Shown here: piece by piece, positions 8,568-17,297 of the stretch
Position numbering within the stretch: the stretch's first letter is position 1
Layout of the letters: every line of letters starts with the position of its first letter
DNA from: Fimbriimonadaceae bacterium
Lineage (GTDB): Bacteria > Armatimonadota > Fimbriimonadia > Fimbriimonadales > Fimbriimonadaceae
DNA length: 64,000 nt
Direction of reading: 5' to 3'
Assembly: GCA_046154445.1 (NCBI GenBank)
Contig: JBJXDW010000010.1
Location: forward strand, 36,014 to 100,013
Translations under genes and position numbers: made by a program
Notes under the pieces: generated by a model
What the model saw: the letters and a program-made list of their open reading frames with translations, nothing else
What the model was told of the DNA's origin: nothing
Databases searched by the model: none

Positions 8568-9389
8568 TTAAGGTTTGAGTGCCCAATCTGGGGGTGGGAT
8601 GTTTTCGAACTTGTTGGGGTTGAGGTCGGCGATGAGGGTTGGTTTACCTTCGGGGAAGTCTTTCCATGCATAGAGGCAGCCTTTGTCGGCGTAAACGAGG
8701 CGGCCGGAATCATCGAAGTCGATCCAGAGGGGGTGGTTGTCATCAGAATGTAGTTCAAAAATTAGTTTCCCATCGTTTGAAAAGAACTCTGCGTGGTGGG
8801 ATTCTCTCATCCAATGGTTAGGCTCGGTGCGAAGGATGTAACCATTTTGGATATCTTTTCTAAATGTTAAAGGTATTCGCTGTGGCCCCTGGAACCGCTC
8901 CCATATTTCACGGCGTGTGCCGCTCGTTTCATTCGTGAGATTCCACCCTGATAACACGGGTATGTCTTTTTCATCTGTGCCAAAAAGGGATCGGGCCAAA
9001 GCGATCAATTCGTCACTCAGTTGAATTTTCTTCACGTTGTTCCAGTTGCCGATTTGGAGCAAATTGAAGATAAAAAAGTCAGTATTCCATACTCCGATGG
9101 CAGAAAAGTAAGGTGGTTTGGAGATCGAGACCCAACGGTTGAGGCTACCTCTTGGGGCCTTTTTGGCGGTCGGAGAATAGTCAAGTGCAGAAATTGCTAC
9201 GTAATCTCCTTCTTCTGAAACAGCGTAAGAGTGCACGGTTGCGGAAATCCACTGTCCTGAAATGATGCAATCATCGGCGAAATCCCAAACCAGCATTTGG
9301 CAATATTTGCTTGGTCCACGTCTTAACAGAACGGCCCTATTTGCTCTGCGTGCAATGGCTCCATCGATTCGACAATAGGATTTGGACAT
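8568..9389 (-). CDS. Conserved hypothetical protein (RRGPSK...GQW...SKPPYFSA motif family)
   Basis: 273-aa ORF with motifs I recognise from an uncharacterised, widely distributed family. Confidence 0.7.
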   Translation of the reverse strand: MSKSYCRIDGAIARRANRAVLLRRGPSKYCQMLVWDFADDCIISGQWISATVHSYAVSEEGDYVAISALDYSPTAKKAPRGSLNRWVSISKPPYFSAIGVWNTDFFIFNLLQIGNWNNVKKIQLSDELIALARSLFGTDEKDIPVLSGWNLTNETSGTRREIWERFQGPQRIPLTFRKDIQNGYILRTEPNHWMRESHHAEFFSNDGKLIFELHSDDNHPLWIDFDDSGRLVYADKGCLYAWKDFPEGKPTLIADLNPNKFENIPPPDWALKP

Positions 9390-9415
9390 TTTGATGAAAT
9401 TTTACTTTGTTGGTT

Positions 9416-9530
9416 CCCGGGTTGCGCTTTGCTTATCCCGGGCCACCAAGTCTTGCCACTGGTTTCTCCAGTGCCACCCGTTCTTGGACGTGCTTTTCCC
9501 TGCCTGATGCATGGCATAAGGCAGGGGCAC
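9416..9530 (-). repeat. Cluster of three REP-like palindromes
   Basis: On the - strand: GTGC-CCCTGCCT..AGGCAGGG (9530-9498), GTGG-CACTGG-AGAAA-CCAGTG (9477-9457) and GTGG-CCCGGG-ATAAGCAAAGCGCAA-CCCGGG (9446-9416). Confidence 0.65.
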
Positions 9531-9552
9531 AGCAATGAATGGTCGCACATTG

Positions 9553-9969
9553 TTAGCCGCCGGGGCCGGTGCCGCCGGCTTCGACGACGGCTTTGGCGCG
9601 GTGAAGGAGGGCGGTGAGTTCTTCGAGATTGAGTTTGGCGAGGGATTTTGTGCGGATGCAGCTTTTGCCGATATCGGAGGTGCCGAGTTTGCCTTTGGCG
9701 GATTCGGGGAGCATGACGCCGTTTTCGCTGAGGGTGATGTAGATTGCGATTCCGGATTTGAGGGCGGCAAGGCCGATGAAGAACCAGTCGCCGGAGCAAG
9801 CTTTGGATGAACCTTTGTAGCTGTAGCGGCCGAACGCCATGATGCCTTTGGTTTCCCACTGTTCCCAGTCAGGGACGACGCTAGTGATGAGGTCGTGGAG
9901 GGTTTGGATTTCTTCGCGCTTCGGCGATTCGATGGCGTCTATGATGGAAGCGTGGCAAGATTCAGACAT
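9553..9969 (-). CDS. DUF1801 domain-containing protein
   Basis: MAFGRYSY...WFFIGLA and LGTSDIGKSCIR motifs. Confidence 0.85.
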   Translation of the reverse strand: MSESCHASIIDAIESPKREEIQTLHDLITSVVPDWEQWETKGIMAFGRYSYKGSSKACSGDWFFIGLAALKSGIAIYITLSENGVMLPESAKGKLGTSDIGKSCIRTKSLAKLNLEELTALLHRAKAVVEAGGTGPGG

Positions 9970-10002
9970 AAAAAAATGGTCAGCTTTTCAGCTGACCATT
10001 TT
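9970..10002 (-). terminator. Intrinsic terminator after the DUF2188 gene
   Basis: 13-bp inverted repeat (AAAATGGTCAGCT / AGCTGACCATTTT); U7 tract on the - strand. Confidence 0.75.
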
Positions 10003-10022
10003 CAAGATATTTCTTTCTTATT

Positions 10023-10247
10023 TTAACCCCTGGGGGGGAATGGATCGTTGCCGTAGCTGTCTTTAGCGCGAATAGTGCCATCTTTTCGGTGAATCACCAA
10101 TTCTGATCGGTAATTTTTTGCGATCTGAATTCCCTTGTCGATGGCCTCTTTTTGAGTTGTAGTCACTTTAGCGGCCCTCGCGGAGCCTGCCGTTTTCACT
10201 TGCCATGAATTACCCTTTGGGGTCACGTGAACTGATTTCTTTGCCAT
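10023..10247 (-). CDS. DUF2188 domain-containing protein
   Basis: HVTPKGNSWQVK...TQKEAI...ELVIHRKDGTIR..SYGNDPFPPRG is the DUF2188 consensus. Confidence 0.92.
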   Translation of the reverse strand: MAKKSVHVTPKGNSWQVKTAGSARAAKVTTTQKEAIDKGIQIAKNYRSELVIHRKDGTIRAKDSYGNDPFPPRG

Positions 10248-10302
10248 TGGAGTTTCCTCAATAATAGTAGACGAAAAACTACCAATAAATTTTCCACATT
10301 TT

Positions 10303-11220
10303 TCAAAAAAGATTCAGTTGACTTTGGGTGTCATCATTTGTATCGCCGTCATCAAAGAGATATTCGCTTTTGGGATCGTGTTCCTTAAAGCGCCTAATCG
10401 CTAAGCTCTGATTTCTGACTGCGTAACAGTAAATACACCCATGTGGGCAAGTATCGTAGTCACCAATGTCTCTGCTTTGGGAGCATTCGCAGCCCGGACG
10501 ATTACCTTTTGTCTTTGAGATAATCTCGTAACCGGCGACGTCGGAGAGCCGGATTGAATCTATGCAGCGAGAAGGTTCTTGAATTGAGATCAATTCAGGC
10601 TGGGAACATATGGTCAGATTCATGTTGAAGCGGCTGGCTATCTGATGAAGTTCTTTGGCAAGTTCACGCTTTTCTTGAAGTGACGGGTCTCTCCATAAGT
10701 TGCCGGTTTCATCTGCCATTTGCTTCAAATTGAGTGCAGTCTTCCTATAAAGTTGCAAGAATGAGATGACGACTTCATCAGTTGCCCCCGACAAGCCGCG
10801 TGCGATCCTCTCAAAGTTCTCAAGGTGAAAAGCTATAGGAGTTTGTTGCGAAACAATGATAGTATCGTATCTCCAGACGATAACGCGCTTACCGAATTTG
10901 CTTGCAACTTCCTGAGCAGTTGAAACTGACTTTTCCCAATCAACCACATTTCTCTCTAGTGCTGTTGGATAGCCGTTGATTGTATACTGTACTGTAAATG
11001 GGGCGCCATGAATTCTTACTGAATCAATGTATCGCATGAAGGGGCGGAAATTCTTTGTCCAAAACACAAATCCATCTACTTCAGTGCGAGATAGCGGCAC
11101 TATTATTGTTTTGCGATTGAATGGATTGCGCATCTTGCAATAGCCCGCTGCAAGACGATTTGCGAACCACTCGCCATAGAATGCAGGGATGTCGGTCTTG
11201 TAGCTGGCAGAAATGATCAT
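10303..11220 (-). CDS. DUF1848 domain-containing protein
   Basis: MIISASYKTDIPAFY N-terminus, FWTKN, WRYD and C-terminal DTCPHGCIYCYA. Start set at ATG 11220. Confidence 0.92.
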   Translation of the reverse strand: MIISASYKTDIPAFYGEWFANRLAAGYCKMRNPFNRKTIIVPLSRTEVDGFVFWTKNFRPFMRYIDSVRIHGAPFTVQYTINGYPTALERNVVDWEKSVSTAQEVASKFGKRVIVWRYDTIIVSQQTPIAFHLENFERIARGLSGATDEVVISFLQLYRKTALNLKQMADETGNLWRDPSLQEKRELAKELHQIASRFNMNLTICSQPELISIQEPSRCIDSIRLSDVAGYEIISKTKGNRPGCECSQSRDIGDYDTCPHGCIYCYAVRNQSLAIRRFKEHDPKSEYLFDDGDTNDDTQSQLNLF

Positions 11221-12041
11221 TTTAGCTTCACTTTGAACAAAGAGCACTTTGGTACCTCGAATTTTGGAACAACCCCTATTAATCCCGAGCTACTATCAAC
11301 GTCTTGCCTGAGTGCATCCCCGAGTGACGAATGTGTTTCCGGTAGGTAATCCCACTTACAGTTTCGACAAACCTCATTAATGAGATTTGAGATATAGATG
11401 CTTTCACCTGTAACGGGACATAAATACGAGGAGAAGTCGAGAAACATTGCGTTCGGTGAATTGGAAAAATTAGAAAGTCCTTGTAACAAAAGTTTCGCGG
11501 AATTGTTTCTAGCAGCGTCAGTCAATACAAAAGAGCCAATAATTTGTCCGCTTCTATTCAAATTCACTAGATTATTTGTCATAATTGACTCGAATGGCCT
11601 ACCAGATAGTTCAATAAATTTATCTCGCGCTATTTCGTATATTTCACGCCAGCCTTCTTCTTCTTCTAACCCGAAAACACTTATTTGAACTCCATCAAGC
11701 TTTGGAATTGCACTCAGCATCCCAAAAATGTCTGACCCAGGACCGGGGCCTATACTATTTAAACTCCATTCCCTGGGAACAGCTTTTTTCCACGAGAAGC
11801 TCTTTGCAAGCTCTCGCCAAACGGTGGCATGTTTTGGCGCATAGTGCAATGTGTATGCAATTCGAGTTATTGGATCACTGTAGTCTATACTTGCATTTTT
11901 AAAGTACTTTGCGCCTAAGTCGACCTGAGTATCTCGGTATTGTGCGATTAGTTCTGGCGTAAAGGTTGATATACCAAGAACTTGTTTTTGATAATCAAGT
12001 GCAACACTTTTGTAGAAATCAAAAAAATTGATTTGCATCAT
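11217..12041 (-). CDS. Hypothetical protein, class I SAM methyltransferase-like
   Basis: AYTLHYAPKH helix and SIGPGPGSD Gly-rich motif I-like segment. Start set at ATG 12041 because the longer ORF overlaps the prepilin gene. Confidence 0.6.
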   Translation of the reverse strand: MMQINFFDFYKSVALDYQKQVLGISTFTPELIAQYRDTQVDLGAKYFKNASIDYSDPITRIAYTLHYAPKHATVWRELAKSFSWKKAVPREWSLNSIGPGPGSDIFGMLSAIPKLDGVQISVFGLEEEEGWREIYEIARDKFIELSGRPFESIMTNNLVNLNRSGQIIGSFVLTDAARNNSAKLLLQGLSNFSNSPNAMFLDFSSYLCPVTGESIYISNLINEVCRNCKWDYLPETHSSLGDALRQDVDSSSGLIGVVPKFEVPKCSLFKVKLK

Positions 12042-12063
12042 ATATTGATAATACCTAGTTGCA

Positions 12064-12726
12064 TTAGTTTGTGCGAGCATCCCTAAGAAATTTGACGTGG
12101 GTGTCGAGGAAGAGGCGGTTGCGGCCCCCGGCGTGCACACTCTTTCCGCGTTTATCGGCAGGGATGCTGGGGACGGTTTTGGGGAAATAGGGGTCGACGG
12201 CGAGTTCGACGTCGGCGGGGCCATCGGGGATGCCGATAAAGGGGTTGGCGGCAGCAATGAGATCGGCAGAGAGCTGCTCGGGAGATTTGCCCCAGCCGTT
12301 ATCTTGGGGAATGGGGTCGGTGATTTGGTCGAACCGCCAGAGCCAGTAGTTGACGCCGTTTTGGGTGACTTGGGGTTCGGTTTTCCAGATGGCTTCGGTG
12401 CTGGGGCAGGTGAAAATCTGTTTGGCTTTGTAGGGGGCGAGGGGTTCGATGATCCAGCCGCCTCGGGGGTCGCTGGGGGGCCAAGTTGTCCAGGGTTTGT
12501 AGCCGCCTTCGGCGGTTGATTTGAGGTCGCGGCGGTCGGGCATGCGGTCGTCGTAGTCGTTAAGATAGAGGAACCAGGCGGTGCCGAGTTGTTTGAGGTT
12601 GCTGGTGCAGTTCGCTTTTTTGGCGGCTTCTTTGGCTCGGGCGAAGACGGGGAACAGGATTGCCGCGAGGATCGCGATGATGGCGATTACGACGAGGAGT
12701 TCGATGAGTGTGAAGGCGCGGCGCAC
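12064..12726 (-). CDS. Prepilin-type N-terminal cleavage/methylation protein (DUF1559-like, H-X9-D(G/T) motif)
   Basis: GTG start gives [32 protein letters not shown], then CTSNLKQLG and [15 protein letters not shown]. Confidence 0.9.
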   Translation of the reverse strand: MRRAFTLIELLVVIAIIAILAAILFPVFARAKEAAKKANCTSNLKQLGTAWFLYLNDYDDRMPDRRDLKSTAEGGYKPWTTWPPSDPRGGWIIEPLAPYKAKQIFTCPSTEAIWKTEPQVTQNGVNYWLWRFDQITDPIPQDNGWGKSPEQLSADLIAAANPFIGIPDGPADVELAVDPYFPKTVPSIPADKRGKSVHAGGRNRLFLDTHVKFLRDARTN

Positions 12727-12783
12727 TATTGGTAGTTTACGGTGTTTTCGGTTTGTTCGTCGCTCTTTGCTTTGTAGGTTTTG

Positions 12784-12907
12784 CCGGGAGACACCGCTCC
12801 GAGCACCCGGAGACGGCGGATTCCGACACTCAAGAGTCGGGCCACCCAGGAAGAAAGGATCGATTAGGTATTGACGTGTTATTCCTGGGTGTTGCCACCC
12901 AGGCCAC
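12784..12907 (-). repeat. Cluster of REP-like hairpins / structured intergenic element
   Basis: GTGG-CCTGGGTG-GCAA-CACCCAGG (12907-12884), GTGG-C-CCGAC-N8-GTCGG (12845-12823) and CCGGG-N17-CCCGG (12810-12784). Confidence 0.55.
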
Positions 12908-12923
12908 GACTTTATCTCTTGAA

Positions 12924-13442
12924 TTACTTTTTGTAATTCATTGTCATCAGAGGTACCCAAGCGTTTTCAGCTTTCATTTTTATTGAAAAGTTGTATGCAC
13001 GGGATGACTCTTTGCTATAAACAATCTTGAATGTCGTTTTTTGGCCAGGAGCCATTTCAAATTCCTCGCTGAACATGACAAGGTATTTACCTTCGATGTA
13101 TCCGCTTGCTTTCATCGGAGTTTCACTCATATTGTCGCACCAAACTCCGTCGTATCGTTTCTTTGATGCGTTGTAGGTGACTGAGAATCGTCCATTGAGC
13201 TTTCCGCCATCGCCCATATCGTACGATGACTCGAGATTGAGCCAGCGGTCAAATTCCATGACGCCATTTGATGTTCCGGTCATCTTCATGGCTTTGCCGG
13301 TGGGGTCACTTCCGGTTCCGGTGCCGCGATATCGGCCGGTGAGGAAGCTGAGGGCGTCGAGTTCCGCTTTGGGAAGTGGCGGCATCATGGGGTCTTGGGC
13401 CGAAGAGATCAGAGCTGAGACGAGAGCAAGTGAGGTCAACAT
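12924..13442 (-). CDS. DUF1579-like secreted protein
   Basis: Signal peptide; [24 protein letters not shown] and TMNYKK patterns. Confidence 0.7.
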   Translation of the reverse strand: MLTSLALVSALISSAQDPMMPPLPKAELDALSFLTGRYRGTGTGSDPTGKAMKMTGTSNGVMEFDRWLNLESSYDMGDGGKLNGRFSVTYNASKKRYDGVWCDNMSETPMKASGYIEGKYLVMFSEEFEMAPGQKTTFKIVYSKESSRAYNFSIKMKAENAWVPLMTMNYKK

Positions 13443-13505
13443 AGTTTTTCCTTTGGTTATAATATCGAATCAGATTACATAGACCGACATTTTGCGACGA
13501 TTTTT

Positions 13506-14579
13506 TTAGAGAATTCTTGGAGTGAAGTCGGTTTCTGGCGTGACGCGGGCGCAGTAGCCAGCCATCAGTGAGGCGCAATGTTCGACATCAGTAAGGCTGA
13601 GGAGTTCGCACGGGGTGTGCATGTAGCGGAGCGGGATGCCGACGAGGCCAGTTGCCATTCCGGAACCTGCGACTTGCATGGCGTTGGCGTCGGTTCCGGT
13701 TCCGCCGGGCTCAGCAGCGACTTGGTATGGGATTTTTTCGTCGTCGCCGGCTGATTTGATCATTTGGAAGACGATGGGGTTGATGTTTGCGCCACGAGTG
13801 ATGCTCGGGCCCTTACCGATATCGAGGGCACCATATTTTGATGGGGTTAGACCGGGATGGTCGATAGCAAAATCGACATCGACGGCGAGGCCGGATTTGG
13901 CTCCGAGAGCTTGGGCGGCGGTGCGCGCACCTCGGAGGCCGATTTCTTCTTGGACTGTAGCGACGGCATAAACGCCGACATCTTTGTGGAGTCGACCGGA
14001 TTCTTTGAGGTGGCGGAGGGCTTCGGCGACGGCGAACGAGCCAACTCGGTTATCAAAACCTCGAGCGGCGGCGCGGTCTTCGAGAAGCATTTGGAACTCC
14101 CATTGATACGTTGCGCAGTCGCCGATGCTGATGTACTTCTCAGCTTCTTCTTTGCTGGTTGCGCCAATATCTATATACATATCGCTTAAGGCGGGGCGTT
14201 TTTCTTTTTCACCATTTTCGAGGAGATGGATGGGTTTGCGACCGATGACTCCGGGGATTTTTTCTTTGCCGTGGATGAAGACGCGGTTTCCGAGTGGAAC
14301 CATGGTGTCGTGGCCCCCGATGCCCCGGAAGTAGATGAAGCCTTTTTCATCGATGTAATGGACTTGGAAGCCGATTTCATCCATGTGTCCAGCGAGCATG
14401 ATTTTTTGTTCGGCTTTGGGGTTGAGGATAGCGAAAACGTTACCGTGTTGATCGGTGCGGACTTCGTCGGCGAAGTCTTTGGTGTAGTCGCGGTAAACCT
14501 GCGCGGCTCGTTCTTCATAGCCGGATGGCGATGGTGTGTTACAGAGGGTTTTGAGGAAATCGAGGGATTCTGAGCGCAT
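13506..14579 (-). CDS. M42 family metallopeptidase
   Basis: PSPSGYE, LAGHMDEIG, FDNRVG, TVQEEIGLRGA and RYMHTP motifs. Confidence 0.95.
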   Translation of the reverse strand: MRSESLDFLKTLCNTPSPSGYEERAAQVYRDYTKDFADEVRTDQHGNVFAILNPKAEQKIMLAGHMDEIGFQVHYIDEKGFIYFRGIGGHDTMVPLGNRVFIHGKEKIPGVIGRKPIHLLENGEKEKRPALSDMYIDIGATSKEEAEKYISIGDCATYQWEFQMLLEDRAAARGFDNRVGSFAVAEALRHLKESGRLHKDVGVYAVATVQEEIGLRGARTAAQALGAKSGLAVDVDFAIDHPGLTPSKYGALDIGKGPSITRGANINPIVFQMIKSAGDDEKIPYQVAAEPGGTGTDANAMQVAGSGMATGLVGIPLRYMHTPCELLSLTDVEHCASLMAGYCARVTPETDFTPRIL

Positions 14580-14587
14580 TGGGGCCT

Positions 14588-15271
14588 TTACCTATCCTTA
14601 ATACGGACGGGGCTCCAGGCGATTTTGAGGCTCATGATAACGATAATTAAGGAAAAGAGTGTCCATCCAGCGGCCCAGATATAGTCGGGGATGAAGGTTC
14701 TTTCTTGAAGAATATAGGCGTCTGAGTGGGAATTTGTGAGCAGTGAGCTGTTGAGCAAAAGAAGAAACGAGTGGAAGGAGGTGAGGCACATTTGCACGCC
14801 GAGGAATTGGGTGGCGAGTTGGAGGTTCTCGGCTTTGAGTTTGATACTGGCGAACCAAAGGGCGGGTATCCAGATGAGGGCACTGATGACTCCAACGATA
14901 TCGCCACGGATGAGGAGGAGGAGGGAGAGCGCGAGGATTATGGCGAGGGTTTTGAGGATGCTTTGGGCATTTTTGGTGGTTCTTCCGGCGAGGATTAGGA
15001 GTGAGCCGAGGATAGCGGTGCCGGGATAACCCGCGCTGGCGATTAGGAAAATGCTTCCGCCAGAGACGGGGGTTGAGCCGCTGCCATCAGCATTGACAAT
15101 GATGTAATCGGGTTGGCCCCCAGTGGCGAGAGCCATGATGGCGTGGGCGAGTTCGTGGAAATGGGTGTTGAGGTATTCGAGCGGGAGGATGAGGTAGCGC
15201 GCGATGGGGATTCCCCAGAGCGCGATGCTGAGGACGGCGGCGGTGAGGAGGAGTTTTTGGGATTTGGTCAA
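14588..15271 (-). CDS. M50 family (M50B-like) membrane metallopeptidase
   Basis: THFHELAHA zinc motif, SAGYPG and SHSDA; multiple TM segments. Start set at TTG 15271 to avoid overlap with the upstream gene. Confidence 0.85.
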   Translation of the reverse strand: MTKSQKLLLTAAVLSIALWGIPIARYLILPLEYLNTHFHELAHAIMALATGGQPDYIIVNADGSGSTPVSGGSIFLIASAGYPGTAILGSLLILAGRTTKNAQSILKTLAIILALSLLLLIRGDIVGVISALIWIPALWFASIKLKAENLQLATQFLGVQMCLTSFHSFLLLLNSSLLTNSHSDAYILQERTFIPDYIWAAGWTLFSLIIVIMSLKIAWSPVRIKDR

Positions 15272-15287
15272 TGGGGGTTGTTCGTTC

Positions 15288-15854
15288 TTACGGGTTGGAG
15301 GTTGGTTTGGTTCTATTGGCGAGAGCGAGGAGGCGTGAGATTGTTTGTTCTGCGTTTTGGGGGCTTTCTCGTTGGCACCACTCTTTAATGATATCAATAT
15401 CGATGTCTGTTTCATTGTAGACACCAGCGGCGGCTTCCATTGCGGAGTTGTCGTGCCAATAAATGTATTTGGTAAGTCGGTCTTTTATGCAGTCAATCGG
15501 GTGCAAAACGTGCAGAGTGAGGTTGTCTCTTGTGACCGTATTCCATGAACTTATGAGTTCTTCTCCAATCATGAGGTCATCGTTAATGAACTCAATTGTA
15601 AAAGGGTTGAGAGGATGGCGATAACACGAGCCTGGTCCAGATTCATAGCCTAAGTCGCGAAGAGCTTGAGCTTCAGGTTTGCCTGCCATTTGAACTTGGA
15701 GGACAAAATCAATGTCTCGCGATTGGTAACTTTGAGGAGCGTAATACGTTGCGGCGCTACCGCCCGTAAGAACAATGGTTGTTCCGAGTTTGTGAAAAGC
15801 GGTGCAAATTATTGTAGCGCATTCGGCGAGCGAATTTTCTTTTCGGATTTCCAC
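15288..15854 (-). CDS. Nucleotidyltransferase-fold protein (DUF6036/AbiEii-like), putative toxin
   Basis: VLTGGSAA...SRDIDFV Pol-beta-type G[GS]..DxD motif; GTG start abuts the HTH gene stop. Confidence 0.7.
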   Translation of the reverse strand: MEIRKENSLAECATIICTAFHKLGTTIVLTGGSAATYYAPQSYQSRDIDFVLQVQMAGKPEAQALRDLGYESGPGSCYRHPLNPFTIEFINDDLMIGEELISSWNTVTRDNLTLHVLHPIDCIKDRLTKYIYWHDNSAMEAAAGVYNETDIDIDIIKEWCQRESPQNAEQTISRLLALANRTKPTSNP

Positions 15855-16196
15855 TTAGATTTCTTTCCCTTTTGCTCTCGGACGCTTCCTCATTGTTGCG
15901 GTAGCTTCTTGATAGAATGGATCGTTAAGATACATTTTTTCCAGCAGTGTTGTTAATTCCACCCGAATGGAGAAAGAGGGATTCATGCTGGTTACCCTTG
16001 TTTTGCCTACTGATCTTCGGACAATTAATTTCTCCTCTTCAAGTTTGTCGAGGTGATGACCGATTAGCTGGGGCGATACGCCGAGCATCGACGCCAATTC
16101 AGCAGCGTGGGTTTCGCCCTGTCCTTGAATTAAGACAAGGATGCTTGTCCTGATTTCACTACCGAAAATTTCGGCACCCACTTTTCTTGTTTGCAT
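15855..16196 (-). CDS. Winged-helix HTH regulator (ArsR/MarR-like), putative antitoxin
   Basis: IFGSEIRTSILVLI...AAELASMLGVSPQLIGHHLDKLEEEKLIVRRSVGKTR; start set at ATG 16196. Confidence 0.8.
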   Translation of the reverse strand: MQTRKVGAEIFGSEIRTSILVLIQGQGETHAAELASMLGVSPQLIGHHLDKLEEEKLIVRRSVGKTRVTSMNPSFSIRVELTTLLEKMYLNDPFYQEATATMRKRPRAKGKEI

Positions 16197-16239
16197 GAAT
16201 CTATTGTACAATAATATTTGCCATATAGCAAATATTATT
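16197..16239 (-). promoter_or_regulatory. Sigma70 promoter overlapped by a 12-bp perfect inverted repeat (operator)
   Basis: TTGCTA(16231-16226)-17 nt-TACAAT(16208-16203)-6 nt-ATG; AATAATATTTGC-N6-GCAAATATTATT at 16210-16239. Confidence 0.75.
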
Positions 16240-16261
16240 TGTTAGTTAGATAAAAATTTGT

Positions 16262-17173
16262 TTACCATCCGCGGGTGGCGAGTTGTTCGGATTGGGGGAG
16301 GGTGGAGCAGTTGATGCCGACCATGGCTTCGCCGAGGTTTTTGCTGATTTCGGCGAGTTTTTTGGCATCTTTATAGAACAGCACCGATTCGACGATGGCG
16401 CGGGCGCGCTTGGCGGGGTCGCCGGACTTGAAGATTCCGCTCCCAACAAAAACGGTTTCGGCGCCGAGTTGCATCATGAGAGCGGCGTCGGCGGGGGTTG
16501 CGATTCCACCGGCGCTGAAATTGGGGACGGGGAGTTTGCCGAGTTTTTTGACTTCGCGGATGAGATCGAGAGGGGCTTGGTGCTCTTTGGCGAGGACGAA
16601 GAGTTCATCTTCGCGGGCGTTTTGCACGGTTCGGATCTCGGACATGATTGTACGCATGTGGCGGACGGCTTCGATCACGTCGCCGGTGCCGGCTTCGCCT
16701 TTTGTGCGGATCATGGCGGCGCCTTCGGCGCATCGCCTGAGGGCTTCGCCGAGGTTGCGTGCGCCGCAGACGAAGGGGACGGTGAATCCGTGTTTATCGA
16801 CGTGGTTGGCGTGGTCGGCGGGTGTAAGGACTTCGCTTTCGTCGATGAAGTCGATTTCGAGAGCTTCGAGGATTTGGGCTTCGACGAAGTGTCCGATGCG
16901 GCATTTTGCCATGACGGGGATGGATACGGTGGCTTTGATCTCGAGGATCATTTCGGGGTCGGACATTCTGGCGACTCCGCCATCTTTGCGGATGTCGGCG
17001 GGGACTCTTTCAAGGGCCATGACGGCGACGGCTCCGGCGTCTTCGGCGATGCGGGCTTGTTCGGGGTTGACGACGTCCATAATGACGCCGCCTTTGAGCA
17101 TTTCGGCGAGGCCGACTTTCTCTCGCCAAGTTTTTGTGGCGGTTGTCGAGGTGGAGTTGCCGTTATTGTTCAT
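16262..17173 (-). CDS. pdxS: Pyridoxal 5'-phosphate synthase lyase subunit
   Basis: [42 protein letters not shown] and FVGSGIFKS motifs; start set at ATG 17173. Confidence 0.97.
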   Translation of the reverse strand: MNNNGNSTSTTATKTWREKVGLAEMLKGGVIMDVVNPEQARIAEDAGAVAVMALERVPADIRKDGGVARMSDPEMILEIKATVSIPVMAKCRIGHFVEAQILEALEIDFIDESEVLTPADHANHVDKHGFTVPFVCGARNLGEALRRCAEGAAMIRTKGEAGTGDVIEAVRHMRTIMSEIRTVQNAREDELFVLAKEHQAPLDLIREVKKLGKLPVPNFSAGGIATPADAALMMQLGAETVFVGSGIFKSGDPAKRARAIVESVLFYKDAKKLAEISKNLGEAMVGINCSTLPQSEQLATRGW

Positions 17174-17297
17174 CGCTATTGACCTTGGGAGTACGGTTTT
17201 GGGCCGCTTTGTGAGTTTACTAGGCGGTTGGGGGTCGGGAGGGGACTGTACGTGGATCAAATGGTACCAATTGGCGATCCGAACTGGCCTGGTTCTA

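Noticed and set aside
9400-9560. Integron attC site after the DUF1801 gene (GGCTAAC at the stop)
   Set aside because: No matching GTTRRRY end or attC-type palindrome on either strand, and no integrase; 8568 was checked with the same result.
10032-10038. Other homopolymers (G7 in DUF2188, G7 in gmk, T-runs near 39101 and 63038) as phase-variation sites
   Set aside because: They are short and lie in intact in-frame genes or intergenic DNA; the DUF2188 run encodes the conserved FPP.
12784-12925. Known riboswitch, SRP RNA, RNase P, tmRNA or 6S RNA
   Set aside because: Only scattered short matches (TCAAGAG, GGCAAC); the ordered conserved cores are missing.
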